Positions 10,132-21,800 of a stretch of DNA of 64,000 bases are shown piece after piece (within the stretch, counting starts at the first letter, position 1; each line of letters begins with the position of its first letter). A program made the translations under genes and the position numbers. The stretch spans positions 4,547 to 68,546 of the forward strand of contig JABWAK010000001.1 in the NCBI GenBank assembly GCA_013361065.1. The letters run 5' to 3'. A model generated the notes under the pieces. That model did no database searches and was not told the origin of the DNA. It saw only the letters and a list, made by a program, of their open reading frames with translations. The stretch comes from Bacteroidota bacterium (GTDB taxonomy: Bacteria > Bacteroidota > Ignavibacteria > UBA10030 > UBA8401).

Positions 10132-11541
10132 CTACCAGAGATATGTGCCGACCGCTCCGGGGGCGAGCATCGCGTGGATCTCCTTGCTCCCTTCCCGGAT
10201 GGAGAATGCCTGGACGGTGGTGCTGTTATTGAGGACGATCAGCACCCGCTTGCCGTCAGGTCGAAGGAAGGCGACCGTGTTCAGCCATTCGGTCCTGCCG
10301 GAATGGATCCGGACGGAGCCGGGGCGGACGAACTTGGAGGCATGCGCGATGATATAGTACGCGGGATTCCGGACGACATTATCACCGGAGAGGGTGAGCG
10401 CTCCCAGGCACTGGTCGCAGCCGCCGGGGGTGTGCGGATCCTGATTCGGATCGGCGGCAAGGTTCCACTCCAGCACCACGCGGCACCAGTTGCGTGACGC
10501 ACCGATGATGAGATTGTTGGTGTGCCATTTCAGGTCCTGGGAGAAGTTCCCGGGCGCTCCGATCCATTGTTCGGTGAAGTACAGATGTTTGTCCGGGTAG
10601 GCGTTGTGGACCGCCGTCAGATTATCGATGCTGCCGCCGTACAGATGGAATGCCGCCCCGTCCACCACCGCCCGCGCAGCCGAATCGGCGTAGATGGTCA
10701 GCGGATAATCGGTCCGGTCCGCATTATGGTCGTACACGATGATGCGGGTGGCGATGTTGTTCGCTTTGAACGCCGGTGCCAGGTACTGTTTCACGAAGAA
10801 GGCCTGGTCCGCCGCCTGCATCACCATGCTGGGATTGTTCCCGCCGTACAGCGGTTCGTTCTGCACTGTGACGGCGTGGATGGTGATCCCTTCCGCTTTC
10901 ATCGCCTGGATGTACTTCACGAAGTACTTCGCATACGCCGCATAGTACGGCACCCGCAGGCTGCCGCCGATGCTGGAGCCGTTCGTCTTCATCCAGACCG
11001 GAGCGGACCAGGGCGAACCGAGGATGGTGATGGTCGGATCGATCGCAAGGATCTCCTTCAGGACCGGGATGAGGTGCGTCTTGTCCGGCGCGATGCTGAA
11101 CTGCGCCATGGCGGTGTCGGTCTGTCCTGCCGGCAGGTCATTGTACGAGAAGACCGATGCATCCAGATCCGATGCACCGATGCTGACACGCAGATAACTG
11201 ATGCCGATATTGTTCCCGTCCGTGGCAAAGAGCTCCTTCAGCAGCGCCGTCCGGGCCGGCGCACTCATGGCATGCAGCACCTGTGCGCTGCCGCCGGTCA
11301 GGGCGAATCCGAATCCTTCCATGGACTGGAAGGTCTGCGCCGCATCCACATCGATGACCGGTGCGTTGGCGGAGGAGATGGTGATGTTCTGTGTCTGTTT
11401 CGCGAAAAGCACGGACTTGTCCGCCGTGGAGAGCCAGAATTCATGGTTCTGCGCGGCCGGCGGTACGGGCGCGATCTCCGGTTCGGTATCGCAGGCGGTA
11501 AGAGTGAGCAGTGTCAGCAGAATGAGCATAGGAAATTTCAT
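10132..11541 (-). CDS. Glycoside hydrolase family 30 (glucosylceramidase / beta-1,6-glucanase-like) lipoprotein
   Basis: Start chosen at MKFPMLILLTLLTLTAC (lipobox). GH30-type motifs: FGFALTGGSAQ, ISYLRVSIGASD, GSPWSAPVWMKTNGS, HAVTVQNEP, YFTEQW. Confidence 0.85.
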   Translation of the reverse strand: MKFPMLILLTLLTLTACDTEPEIAPVPPAAQNHEFWLSTADKSVLFAKQTQNITISSANAPVIDVDAAQTFQSMEGFGFALTGGSAQVLHAMSAPARTALLKELFATDGNNIGISYLRVSIGASDLDASVFSYNDLPAGQTDTAMAQFSIAPDKTHLIPVLKEILAIDPTITILGSPWSAPVWMKTNGSSIGGSLRVPYYAAYAKYFVKYIQAMKAEGITIHAVTVQNEPLYGGNNPSMVMQAADQAFFVKQYLAPAFKANNIATRIIVYDHNADRTDYPLTIYADSAARAVVDGAAFHLYGGSIDNLTAVHNAYPDKHLYFTEQWIGAPGNFSQDLKWHTNNLIIGASRNWCRVVLEWNLAADPNQDPHTPGGCDQCLGALTLSGDNVVRNPAYYIIAHASKFVRPGSVRIHSGRTEWLNTVAFLRPDGKRVLIVLNNSTTVQAFSIREGSKEIHAMLAPGAVGTYLW

Positions 11542-11848
11542 TGTTCGTATCAGATCTAAAGTGGACAAAAACGCGTTGTTGCTTCAATATATCCACAATG
11601 GAGCAAAACAGCGAGGGAAGAATTCGGAACAGAGATGATGACAGAGGGCGGAATTCAGATAGCAGAAAGATGACAGATGACAGATTTCAGACAACAGAGA
11701 AGATGGCAGTGTATGATCGATACGAGGAGTGGTCGGATATTGATGTTGGAAACTTTTATTCCTTTCTGCGCTATTCTGCGCGTTCTGCGGGACTGCTTCG
11801 TTGTTCGAATTTCATTTTCATTGCCGCTTCCGTACATTGCCTCCAGTC

Positions 11849-12997
11849 ATGAAGAAGTTCATCGCCCATATCGATCTGGATTGTTTCTTCGTCTCGGTGG
11901 AGCGGATCCTGGATCCGTCGCTCAACGGCAAGCCGGTCGCGGTGGGAGGCATCGGCCGCCGCGGCGTGGTCTCCTCCGCGTCGTACGAAGCACGCGCGTT
12001 CGGCGTCCGTTCCGCCATGCCGATGGGTCAGGCGGTGGACCTCTGTCCGCAGCTGACGGTCGTCCGGGGGAATCACGGAGAGTACGGGAAATATTCCAAG
12101 AAGCTCTATCGGTTCCTCTGCGATTACGCCCCCATCGTACAGCAGGCCTCCATCGATGAGATGTACATGGATTTCACCGGGTGTGAGAAGCTCTATAATA
12201 ACGACCTGCCCGGACTGATGCGGACGCTGCAGGCGCTCGTTAAACGGGAGTTCGGACTTCCCTGCACCATCGCTCTCTCCTCCAATAAAGTGATCTCCAA
12301 GATCGCCACCGGATGCGTGAAACCGGAAGGATGCATCACCATCCCGCACGGACTGGAGAAGGAGTTTCTCGCGCCGCTGGACATCAATGTGATCCCCGGA
12401 GTCGGAAAGAAGACCGAGGTCGAACTGCGGAAGTACGACATCAACCTCATCCGCGATATCCAGAAACTCTCGCCGCAGACGCTGGAGGATATCCTCGGCG
12501 ACCATGGCGGCTACTTCTACCGGACGGCGATGGGGATCGGGAGCGACACGCTCGATGTGGAGTGGAAACGGAAGAGCATCAGCAGCGAACATACGTTCGG
12601 CAAGGACACCGCCGATACGGAACGGTTGCTGCGGTATCTGTTCGACCTGACCGAAGGGGTCTGCTACAACACCCGCCGCTACGGCTGGAAGGGGAAAACG
12701 GTGAAGCTGAAACTCCGGTACTCCGATTTCACCACGATCACCCGGAACATCACGCTCAAAGAACCGACCAACGACGACCGGGTGGTGTTCGACGCCGTCA
12801 AAGGGATCTTCCTGAAGGCCTTCCACCGGCGCAGCACTGTCCGGCTTTTGGGGGTGGGACTGACCCAATTCACTGAGGCAAAGGAGGAATCGCTCTCCTT
12901 GTTCCCGGAGGATGAAAAGCGGACCCAGATGTTGTCCGCCGTGGATAAGCTGAAAAAGAAGTTCGGCGACGATGCGATCCACACCGGCGCAGTATAA
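11849..12997 (+). CDS. dinB: DNA polymerase IV (Y-family)
   Basis: Internal ATG at 11849 gives MKKFIAHIDLDCFFVSVE.. (catalytic DxD). Also SIDEMYMD, KVISKIATGCVKP and GVGKKTEVEL. The upstream extension of the track ORF lies in AT-rich non-coding sequence. Confidence 0.9.
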   Translation: MKKFIAHIDLDCFFVSVERILDPSLNGKPVAVGGIGRRGVVSSASYEARAFGVRSAMPMGQAVDLCPQLTVVRGNHGEYGKYSKKLYRFLCDYAPIVQQASIDEMYMDFTGCEKLYNNDLPGLMRTLQALVKREFGLPCTIALSSNKVISKIATGCVKPEGCITIPHGLEKEFLAPLDINVIPGVGKKTEVELRKYDINLIRDIQKLSPQTLEDILGDHGGYFYRTAMGIGSDTLDVEWKRKSISSEHTFGKDTADTERLLRYLFDLTEGVCYNTRRYGWKGKTVKLKLRYSDFTTITRNITLKEPTNDDRVVFDAVKGIFLKAFHRRSTVRLLGVGLTQFTEAKEESLSLFPEDEKRTQMLSAVDKLKKKFGDDAIHTGAV

Positions 12998-13073
12998 CGT
13001 ATTTACGGGATTGCTAGAAACATAATTTTCTGGTAAAGTTGTGATACAATCCCATGATGAAAGGTCTCATCCT

Positions 13074-14681
13074 ATGAAGATGTTTACATTTCTCTCTCTT
13101 CTCACCACCTTCGTTCTTTGTGCCGGAACAAAAGACTCCCGCAGTCCTGTCATGCTCAAATCCGCCGTGGTCTATGAACAGCGGTTGTCCGCCGTTAGCA
13201 ATAACGAATTCTATATTTCGAACTATGGTCTCTATGGACACAATGTCTCCAATGGAGGAGCGGGCTGGTTCTGGCCCCGAAGCTCCGGCAGAGCCTATAT
13301 CTATGGTCAATCGATCTGGATGGGCGCAAAAAAACGGTTGAACGCCGACACCGTGAAGGTCGTCTCCGTAGGATATAACCCGAATTCCGGATCTTCGTGG
13401 TTTGGGCCTGGCTCTACAGCAGACGGCGGCCGTGTGCTCGGTGCGGCCGATCCGGTCTCGGCGAAATACTACCTGTATATGGCGACGGACTTCACCCCGC
13501 AGGGGAAGAATACGAAAACACCGTCGCTGCCCGATTGGCCCATCCGGAAGAAACAGAGCGGAAAAACGGTCGGGAAGAATGGTTACTACGGCGACTATAT
13601 TGCCGACCCCGCCTCCCGTGATTCCTTTCCGGCTGTGTTTATCTCCGGTGAGGATATGTTCTGCATCTATAAGGATACTGACACGCTCCGCAATCCGGAA
13701 TACAAGTTCGGGTCCGGGTATCCTTTGGGACTGGACATCCTTCAGACCACATATTCTTGGAACAGCGGACCACAGAAGGATTTTGTGTTTTTTGTGTACA
13801 CGGTCATCAACCGCAGCAACGATACGCTCAGGGAGTGTTTTCTCGGACCCGCCGGTGATTCGGATATCGGAACGGCCACGAACGATCACAATGCATTCTA
13901 TTCGGCCAATCCTTCACTGAATCTCGGCTTCCAGTTCACGGAAGAGGAATCGGGGTATTCCGGTGTTGTCGGTTTTGATTTTCTGGAAAGTCCCACGGTG
14001 CGAACAACCGCTGACTCCATCGCGATCTTCCAGCGAACGGGGAACAAACGCAACGTGGGTCAACAGATCGGTCTGACGACATTCCGTAATTGGGTGATCG
14101 AGAATGACCCGACAGGTGCATCGGGACGCTACGATTTCATGGCGGCCGGGGTGCGCGACGCCGACAATGGTCCCGGCGACAAGCGGATGTTGATGGCAAC
14201 CGGTCCGTTCACCATGAACCCCGGGGATTCTGCCCGCATTGTTGTAAGTATCCTTCTCGCACCGGGGAAAGGAAATCCGATCTCAGGTGATGTCCAGACG
14301 AACGGATTCTTGGATTCGCTTGTTGCACTGGATGCGTATGCTCAAGCAATGTATGACAACAATTTTGTGGTCAACGTGAATGCGGAGGCTCCGTTATCTC
14401 CTGCAACATTCTCCCTGTTGCAGAATTATCCAAACCCGTTCAATCCCTCCACCGGGATCCGGTTCAGCGTCGGCACACGGTCCGTCGTTTCGCTCCGGGT
14501 GTACGATGTACTGGGGCGTGCGGTCGCAACGGTGGCGCATGGCGAGTTCGGGGCAGGGGAGCATGCGGTCACCTGGAACGGAACGGATGACAACGGTCTC
14601 CCGGTCTCTTCCGGCGTCTATCTCTATCGGTTGGAGAGCGGAACGTTCACGGAGAGCAGGAAGATGCTGCTGATGCGCTGA
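13074..14681 (+). CDS. Uncharacterised secreted protein with T9SS CTD
   Basis: ATG at 13074 gives the signal peptide MKMFTFLSLLTTFVLCAG. The C-terminus is QNYPNPFNPSTGIRF...GVYLYRLESGTFTESRKMLLMR. Shares loose motif order with the 34675-37500 protein. Confidence 0.75.
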   Translation: MKMFTFLSLLTTFVLCAGTKDSRSPVMLKSAVVYEQRLSAVSNNEFYISNYGLYGHNVSNGGAGWFWPRSSGRAYIYGQSIWMGAKKRLNADTVKVVSVGYNPNSGSSWFGPGSTADGGRVLGAADPVSAKYYLYMATDFTPQGKNTKTPSLPDWPIRKKQSGKTVGKNGYYGDYIADPASRDSFPAVFISGEDMFCIYKDTDTLRNPEYKFGSGYPLGLDILQTTYSWNSGPQKDFVFFVYTVINRSNDTLRECFLGPAGDSDIGTATNDHNAFYSANPSLNLGFQFTEEESGYSGVVGFDFLESPTVRTTADSIAIFQRTGNKRNVGQQIGLTTFRNWVIENDPTGASGRYDFMAAGVRDADNGPGDKRMLMATGPFTMNPGDSARIVVSILLAPGKGNPISGDVQTNGFLDSLVALDAYAQAMYDNNFVVNVNAEAPLSPATFSLLQNYPNPFNPSTGIRFSVGTRSVVSLRVYDVLGRAVATVAHGEFGAGEHAVTWNGTDDNGLPVSSGVYLYRLESGTFTESRKMLLMR

Positions 14682-14700
14682 CCGGCACTATTGTACAGGC

Positions 14701-14736
14701 GAACGCCCCGGACAGAGGTTCTCTGCCGGGGCGTTC
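14701..14736. terminator. Hairpin between convergent genes (possible bidirectional terminator)
   Basis: Perfect 11-bp stem (gaacgccccgg / ccggggcgttc) around a 14-nt loop, followed by TGTTATTGCGTT. Lies between the stops at 14681 (+) and 14760 (-). Confidence 0.5.
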
Positions 14737-14759
14737 TGTTATTGCGTTCTTCTGACCGG

Positions 14760-15476
14760 TCAGCCGTGCGCCATATTATGGTACACGTTCTGCACATCGT
14801 CATCCTCTTCCATCGCGTCGATCAGCTCGGTCACTTCCTTCGCCTGTTCCGGCGTCAGTTCTTTCGTGGTGGTCGGGATGTACTGCAGCTCGGTGCTCGC
14901 CGGTTCGATCCCCTTCTCCTCCAGCGCCTTTTGCATGGCACCGAAATTCTGGAACGAAGTGTACACGTAGAGGAATTTCTCATCTCCGTTCAGCTCGTCC
15001 AGTCCGTGGTCGATCATCTCCAGCTCGAATTCATCCACATCCTTCACCGCTTCCAGCGCGATCTTGAAGATCCCCTTCCGTTCGAACATGAACGCGATGG
15101 ACCCGCTGTTCCCCAGCGCTCCGCCGTACTCCTTGAAGTGATGACGCACGTTGGAGACGGTGCGCGTCTGGTTGTCCGTCGCGCACTCCACGACCACCGC
15201 GATGCCGTGCGGCGCGTAGCCCTCATAGATGATCTCGAAGAATCCAGAGGTATCCTTGTTGGAGGCGCGTTTGATGGCCGCTTCCACCCGGTCCTTCGGC
15301 ATGTTCACGCTCTTCGCGTTCTGCATGGCGATCCGGAGCCGCGGATTCCCCTTCGGGTCCGGTCCCCCGGCCTTCACGGCGATCTCGATGTCCTTGCCGA
15401 TACGGTTGAAGGCTTTGGACATCTTCTTGAACCGCGCGAACATCACATGTTTCCGTTTTTCGAATATACGACCCAT
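14760..15476 (-). CDS. YebC/PmpR family DNA-binding transcriptional regulator
   Basis: Internal ATG at 15476 gives MGRIFEKRKHVMFARFKKMSKAFNRIGKDIEIAVKAGGPDPKGNPRLRIAMQNAKSVNMPKDRVEAAIKRA, the canonical YebC N-terminus. Length is 239 aa. Confidence 0.9.
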   Translation of the reverse strand: MGRIFEKRKHVMFARFKKMSKAFNRIGKDIEIAVKAGGPDPKGNPRLRIAMQNAKSVNMPKDRVEAAIKRASNKDTSGFFEIIYEGYAPHGIAVVVECATDNQTRTVSNVRHHFKEYGGALGNSGSIAFMFERKGIFKIALEAVKDVDEFELEMIDHGLDELNGDEKFLYVYTSFQNFGAMQKALEEKGIEPASTELQYIPTTTKELTPEQAKEVTELIDAMEEDDDVQNVYHNMAHG

Positions 15477-15827
15477 ATATTTCTGCTGTGTGTATGGTGA
15501 GAATTGAACGTATCGGGAATGGCGTAATAATCCACCAAAATACAAAAAAAGCGGTACAAGTGAAAGGAAGGAATCGCTTCCGCGTTGGCGCAGATGAAAC
15601 CATACCGGTTTGTCTTGTTTCGCTGTTCGGAACATGTACTGACCGTGAAATTCCGTTGACTGCCGATTTTCTATTCAGTAGTTTTTATCCAATTGGAGTG
15701 ACGTGTTTCAGTACCATCGAACGGGGCGCATGCAGACTGCACCGTATGTGTGTTCGTTCTTCCGCCGGCCGGTCGTGTATCCCTATTCTGCTGCGCCGGT
15801 GCGAACCCATACCAGCGGAGCAACATC

Positions 15828-18800
15828 ATGGCCTCACCGACAACCGGTTCCCCGCGTGCCGCCGCTCGACGGCGGCAGCTCAAAAAGAAACTCAACACCG
15901 TTCCTGCTCATCGACCTTCCGCTCACCGCCCATCGCCGCTTCCCGATCCGAAGATCCTCCAGACCCTTGCCGCTGTTGCCGATGGCGTACTCGTGGTCCG
16001 CCGGACCGGCATCATCGCATCGGCCGATGCGGGTGCCTGTTCCCTGCTGCGGTCGTCCCGCAAACGTCTCATCGGACAATCCCTGGTCTCACTGGTGCTG
16101 CCGGAGGAACGTTCCTCCCTGCGCACCGCCTGGAAGCAGCTCCGCGTTGACGGCATTATGGAGTTCCGGTTCCGGACGCCGGACCGCTCCGTTTCCCTCC
16201 GCTGTCATCATGATCCTGCCTCCCGCAGCATCATCGCCGCCCTTCGCGACATCACCGCCGAGACGCGGGACAAGGAAGCTCGACAGGCGGCGGAACTCCG
16301 CTACCGGATGTTCATCGACAACAGCTCGGAAGGGATCTGGTGTTTCGGACTGAAGCGGTCGATGGATATCCGCCTCGGCGTGAAAGAACAGATCGCCTGG
16401 TTCTTCCGGTACGGGTATCTGATGGAGTGCAACGATGCCTATGCCGCCATGTACGGTTTCACGAAGGCAGAGGAGATCACCGGGATCATGCTGCGTGATG
16501 TACTGGACCGGAAGGACCCGAAGAACATCGCCTACCTGACCTCGTTCATCACCTCCGGATACCGGCTGCGGGAGACCGAGACGAACGAACGTGACCGGAA
16601 CGGCAGGATCTTCACTGTGGCGAACAATCTCACCGGTATGGTGGTGAACGGACGGCTCATCAACGCCTGGGGCACACAGCGCGATGTCACCGAACGGAAC
16701 CGTCAGGAAGCCGCTCTGAAAGAGAGCAAGGAATCGTACGAAGGGCTCATCCGGCGTCTGCCGTTCGTCGTCTACACATGGCGGCGCACGGCGGATGGAC
16801 GGCGCTTCATCGAGTATGTGAGTCCGCAGGTGGAACAGTTGTGCGGTATCAGCGCCGGGGAACTGTTGGCACATCAGGAGCGCTTCGTCTCCATGATCCA
16901 TCCGGAGGACCGGCAGGTATTCTTGGAGCGCAATGTGGAATCGGTCACGACACTGGAACCATTCCAGTATGAATGCCGCGCCGCACTTATCGGTCGCGAA
17001 CGCTGGCTCCGTTTCGAATCCACACCGCGAAAAATGGAGAATGGAGATGTTGTGTGGAACGGGATGCTGCGCGATGTCACCGAACGGGTGCTGGCCCAGC
17101 GCGCCCTTAGTGCAAGCGAGGAACGGTACAGGAACCTGGTCAGCAACCTGAACGAAGGGATCTGGGTGATCGATGCACAGGCGGTCACCACTATGGTGAA
17201 TCCTCGGATGGCGGAGATCGTCGGTTTGCCTCCCGAACGGATCATCGGTCGCTCATTGTTCGATATCGTCCCGAAAGAGGATTTCAGCAGGGTCAACACA
17301 TCGATCGAACGGCGGAAACGGGGAGTGCAGGAGGCGCGTGAGTATACCTTCCGTCATCCGGACGGGACCGCCATCCATACCGTCATCGAGACCTACCCGC
17401 TCACCGATCCCGACGGCACGTACCGGGGGGCCGTGGCTGCTTTCACCGATGTCTCTGAACAGCGGGAAGCAGCCGATGCACTCCGGCGTCAGAACGAACA
17501 GCTCCGTTTCCTGGTAGAGGCCTCGGACCGGCTGGTCGCGTGCAACGGCGAGCAGGAGATCTACGAGTTAATGGCAGACATGGTCACGACGTTCATCCCC
17601 CGTTCCTATGCATTCGTGCTGAGCAGTTCGGCGGACGGCAATACCTGCCGGTTGAGTGCCATGGGCGGCGTGAACAAGACAATGCTGGAAGCAGGGAAGC
17701 GTCTGCAGCGCTTCGATCCGTTCAGCCAATCCTTCGGTCCGATGAAGGAATATGCGGAGAAATTCTGTTCCCCCAAGCTCCGGAAGTACCCCGGCGGACT
17801 CTATGAGACAGCGAACAAATTCCTCCCCAAGATCGTTGCGCGGGGTATCGAGAAACTGACGGGCGCGCAGCACAGTTATTCCATCGGTCTGGCGGATGGT
17901 GAGTCGTATCTGGGGTACATCTTCCTTCTCACGGCTGACCCGATCGCGGTCGATGCCGTCACGATCGAATCGTTCATCCATCAATGCTATCTGGCGCTCA
18001 ACCGGTTCGCCGTGCTCCGGCAGCGGGAGCAGGAGGCGCTCCGGCGGAGCATCCTGATGGATACGTCCAATGACGGTATCGCAGTCTTCAGTCAGGACCA
18101 CCGCATCATCGAATGTAACCCGCGGTTCTGTGCGATGCTCGGATACTCCCAGAACGAACTGCTGCAGATGCATACATGGGATATCGAAGTTAATATGACC
18201 GAGACGGAGATCCGTCGTGCATTCGCTGATATTGCAAATGTCCGCCATACCTTCGAAACCCATCACCGGCGCAAGGACGGGAGCACCTTTGATGTGGAGA
18301 TCAGCGCCAGCGGTACGAAGATTGGCGGGATACCGCTGATCATCACCATCTGCCGCGACATCACCGAACGGAAACGGATGGAGGATGCGCTGCGGTCGAG
18401 CGAGGAGCGCCTCCGCATGTATCTGGAGCATTCACCGGCCATCATCACGCTCGTCGACCGCGCCGGCCGCATCACCTATATCAACCGGACGGAGGGGAAC
18501 TACACTCCGGCCGACTTCCTCGGCACCAATATCTTCGACACGATCCATCCGGGGCAGCATGAAAGCGTGCGGTCATGTTTGGACGAGACCATCCGCACCG
18601 GAACGATGCACGCCTATGAGACCTCCGCTACGGTGGACGGTGAAACATGGTGGTACGAGAACCGCGTTGCCCCGCTGAATGCGGACCGGACCGAACTCCT
18701 GATCACCGCCATCAACGTCACCGAACAGAAACGCGCCGAGGAAGCGAGGGCCGCAGTCGCGATGGAGGTCCGCCAGAGCGAGGAGAGCTACCGCGGACTA

Positions 18801-21800
18801 TTCAACACCGTGCTCGATGCCATCTACATCCAGGACGAACATGGGGTGTTCATCGATGTGAACGAGGGGGCGGAAGCGATGTACGGCTATAGCCGGTCCG
18901 AGATGATCGGCCGGACACCGGAGTTCGTCGCAGCGCCCGGCCGGAACGACCATCTCGACTTCCCCGTCATCCTCCGCTCCGTGATGCGCGGTGCGAACCA
19001 GCAGTTCGAGTTCTGGGGACGACGCAAGAACGGCGAGATCTTCCCGAAGGATGTCCGGCTGAGTAAAGGTCTCTACTTCGGACGGCCGGTGATCATCGCG
19101 CTTGCACAGGATATCAGCGCCCGCAAACAGATGGAGCAGGACCGGGAGCGACAGTACGATGAACTGCGGTTGCTCTACGCCTTTGTGCGGGATATCGCAC
19201 GGGACCAGTCGGAAGCACCGATCTACCGTCATGCGGTGGAGTACCTTGCCGCGGGGATGCGGTGCCCCAAAGCCTCCATTCTGCTGTTCGACGCACACGG
19301 CGTCATGCAGTTCATGGATGCGGTCGGGCTCTCCGACGGATACAAGACCGCGGCCGCCCGCCATTCCCCCTGGTCCATAGATACGGAGGACCCCCAGCCG
19401 ATCTTCGTCGCCGATGTGAACGAGGAACCGTCGCTGGAAGCGCTGCGTCCGGTGATCCTGCGCGAAGGGATCCGCGCCCTCGGGTTCATTCCCCTGCTGC
19501 ATGACGGACGGTTGATCGGGAAGTTCATGGTCTATTACAGCGAACCGCACTCGTTCACGGAGCAGGAGTCCCGTCTGACGCAGACCATCGCGCAGATCGT
19601 CGCCCAGGCCGTCTCACGGGCCCGGAATGCCCAGCAACTCCGGCAGAGCGAGGAGACACTGCAGAACATCTTCGAATCGCTGGAGGAGGGGGTCGCTCTC
19701 AACGAACTTGTGTATGATGATCGCGGCACTATCGTGGACTACCGCATCCTGGAGGTGAACCGCGCGTTCGAACATATCGCGCTCCTGCCGCGGGAACAGG
19801 TGATCGGGCGACTCGCCACGGACATCTATCAGATGCCGTCGGAGTACATCACCTCCTTCTGGAACACCCATCTGCACGATTCCGGTGCGGTGAAAACCGA
19901 CCTGTACACCGATCAGATCAAGAGCTGGAAACATGTCTCCACCTCCATTCCGAAGAACGGTCGCTTCGTCACATCGTTCTTCGACATCACGGAGATGAAG
20001 AACACCGAGACCGCCCTCCGCACCAGCGAACAGTACAACCGGTCGCTGCTGGAGACCTCTCCCAACGCCATCGCGGTGACAGATCTGAACGGACGGATCG
20101 TGGACGCGAACGCCCGGGCCCTGCGCCTCTTCGGGTTCAGCGACGGCGAATCGATCATCGGTATGGATATCCGGGAACGCTTCTCTCCCGCCCTCCGTGC
20201 GGACGGGGAACGCCACTTTGCGAACCTGCTCGGCGGTACTCCGATCCATCAGCTGATGCTCCCGATGATGTGCAAAGACGGCTCCACCTTCATCGGAGAA
20301 GTGAATGGTACGCTGGTCCGGGACGCCAGCGGCGCGCCCACGTACAGCATGATCGTCGCCACGGACATCACCCAGCGGGTCCGCGCGGATGAGGAACTGC
20401 GGTTGACCAATGCACAGTTGAAGTCGCTCATCAATTCCCAGACCAATTTTGTTGTTCGGACCGACATGAAGGGGAATTACACCTTCGTGAACGACCAGTT
20501 CTGTCGCACCTTCGGATTACGGCGGGAGGATGTGATCGGTGCCGATTCCCGCACCACCTATCTGTCCGAGGATACCGCAGCGGTCGAAGCGGTCGTCATG
20601 CAGTGCATCGCACACCCCGGCACTGCGTTCCCGGTGACGGTGCAAAAAAAGCATCCGCAGCACGGCATAGCGCAAACAGAGTGGGAGTTCATCGCTATCA
20701 CGGATGAATCCGGCGCTCCCACCGAGATCCAGTGCGTGGGCCACGATGTCACGGAGAAACATCGTGCGATCGAACAGCTTCGTATCAGCGAGGAACGGTA
20801 CCGTACGGTCGCTAATTTCACGTACGATTGGGAGATGTGGATCGATGCAGCGGGCTCCATCCAATACGTCTCTCCTTCCTGCGAACGGATCTGCGGGTAC
20901 GGTCCCGGGGAGATCCAGGCCGATCCCTCATTGCTCACCGCGATGGTCCATCCGCACGACCGACAACGGGTGTCGGACCATCAGCAACACGAATTCAGCG
21001 GTCATGAACCCCATTCGCTGGAGTATCGCATCCTGCGGCGTAACGGTGAAGAACGGTGGATGAATCATATCTGCCGTCCCATCGTCACGGAGGATGGACG
21101 CAGCCTCGGCCGCCGCATCAGCATGCGGGATATCACGGAGCGCAAACGGCATGAAGAGCAGATCCGCTGGTCCGAACAGCGCTACCGCACCATGGTCGAG
21201 AACATCCATCAGGCCTATTACGAGTCGGACCGGTTCGCCAAGTTCACCTACTGCAATCCCGGTATGGTCATCCTCAGCGGATACACCGAAACGGAACTGA
21301 TCGGAATGATCTCCTTCCGTCTGGTGGCGGACGAGGACAGGTCCCGCGTCATCGCATCGTACCGCCGTTGGATGGATGCGAAACGGCAGAAGATGTCGAT
21401 GGAATTCCGTGTGCGTCTGAAGGATGCAACCCTCTTCTGGGTGGAACAAACCACTCACTTCGAATTCGATGAACAGGGGAGCTTCCGCAAAGCGGTCAAC
21501 TTCGTCAAGGATATCACGGAACGGAAACAGGCGGAAGAGAGACTGCACGCCAGTGAACTCCGCTACCGACAGATCACGGAAGCGATCACGGACTACATCT
21601 ACACCGTCACCGTGGAAGGTTCTGTGGTCTCCGCGACCAAGCATGGTCCCGGCTGTCTGGCGGTGACCGGGTACGCGGTGGAGGAATTCGAGCGCGACCG
21701 CTTCCTGTGGAATACGATGATCGTCCCGGAGGACCGGCCGATGGTCGAAGCAAGGATCCGCGCCGTGCTGGAGAACAGGACCTCGCAGCCGGTGGAGCAC

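Noticed and set aside
11542-11848. An SOS (LexA) box upstream of dinB.
   Set aside because: No CTGT-N8-ACAG or GAAC-N4-GTTC palindrome was seen. Only ttcgttgttcgaa is present, and it lacks the GAAC half-site. The TTCTGCGC repeats are reported separately as an open question.
15750-15827. N-terminal extensions given by the ORF track. These affect the kinase and also YebC (to 15635), GH97 (from 23610), MlaF (to 31343), paralog A (to 39542), DUF721 (to 46439), rpmH (from 50796), OsmC (to 58431), msrA (to 60760) and the 4-Cys protein (to 55419).
   Set aside because: The extensions either overlap neighbouring genes or encode Arg/Pro/Gly-rich junk ahead of a canonical family N-terminus or signal peptide. 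Internal ATGs with SD-like sequences give products of the expected length.
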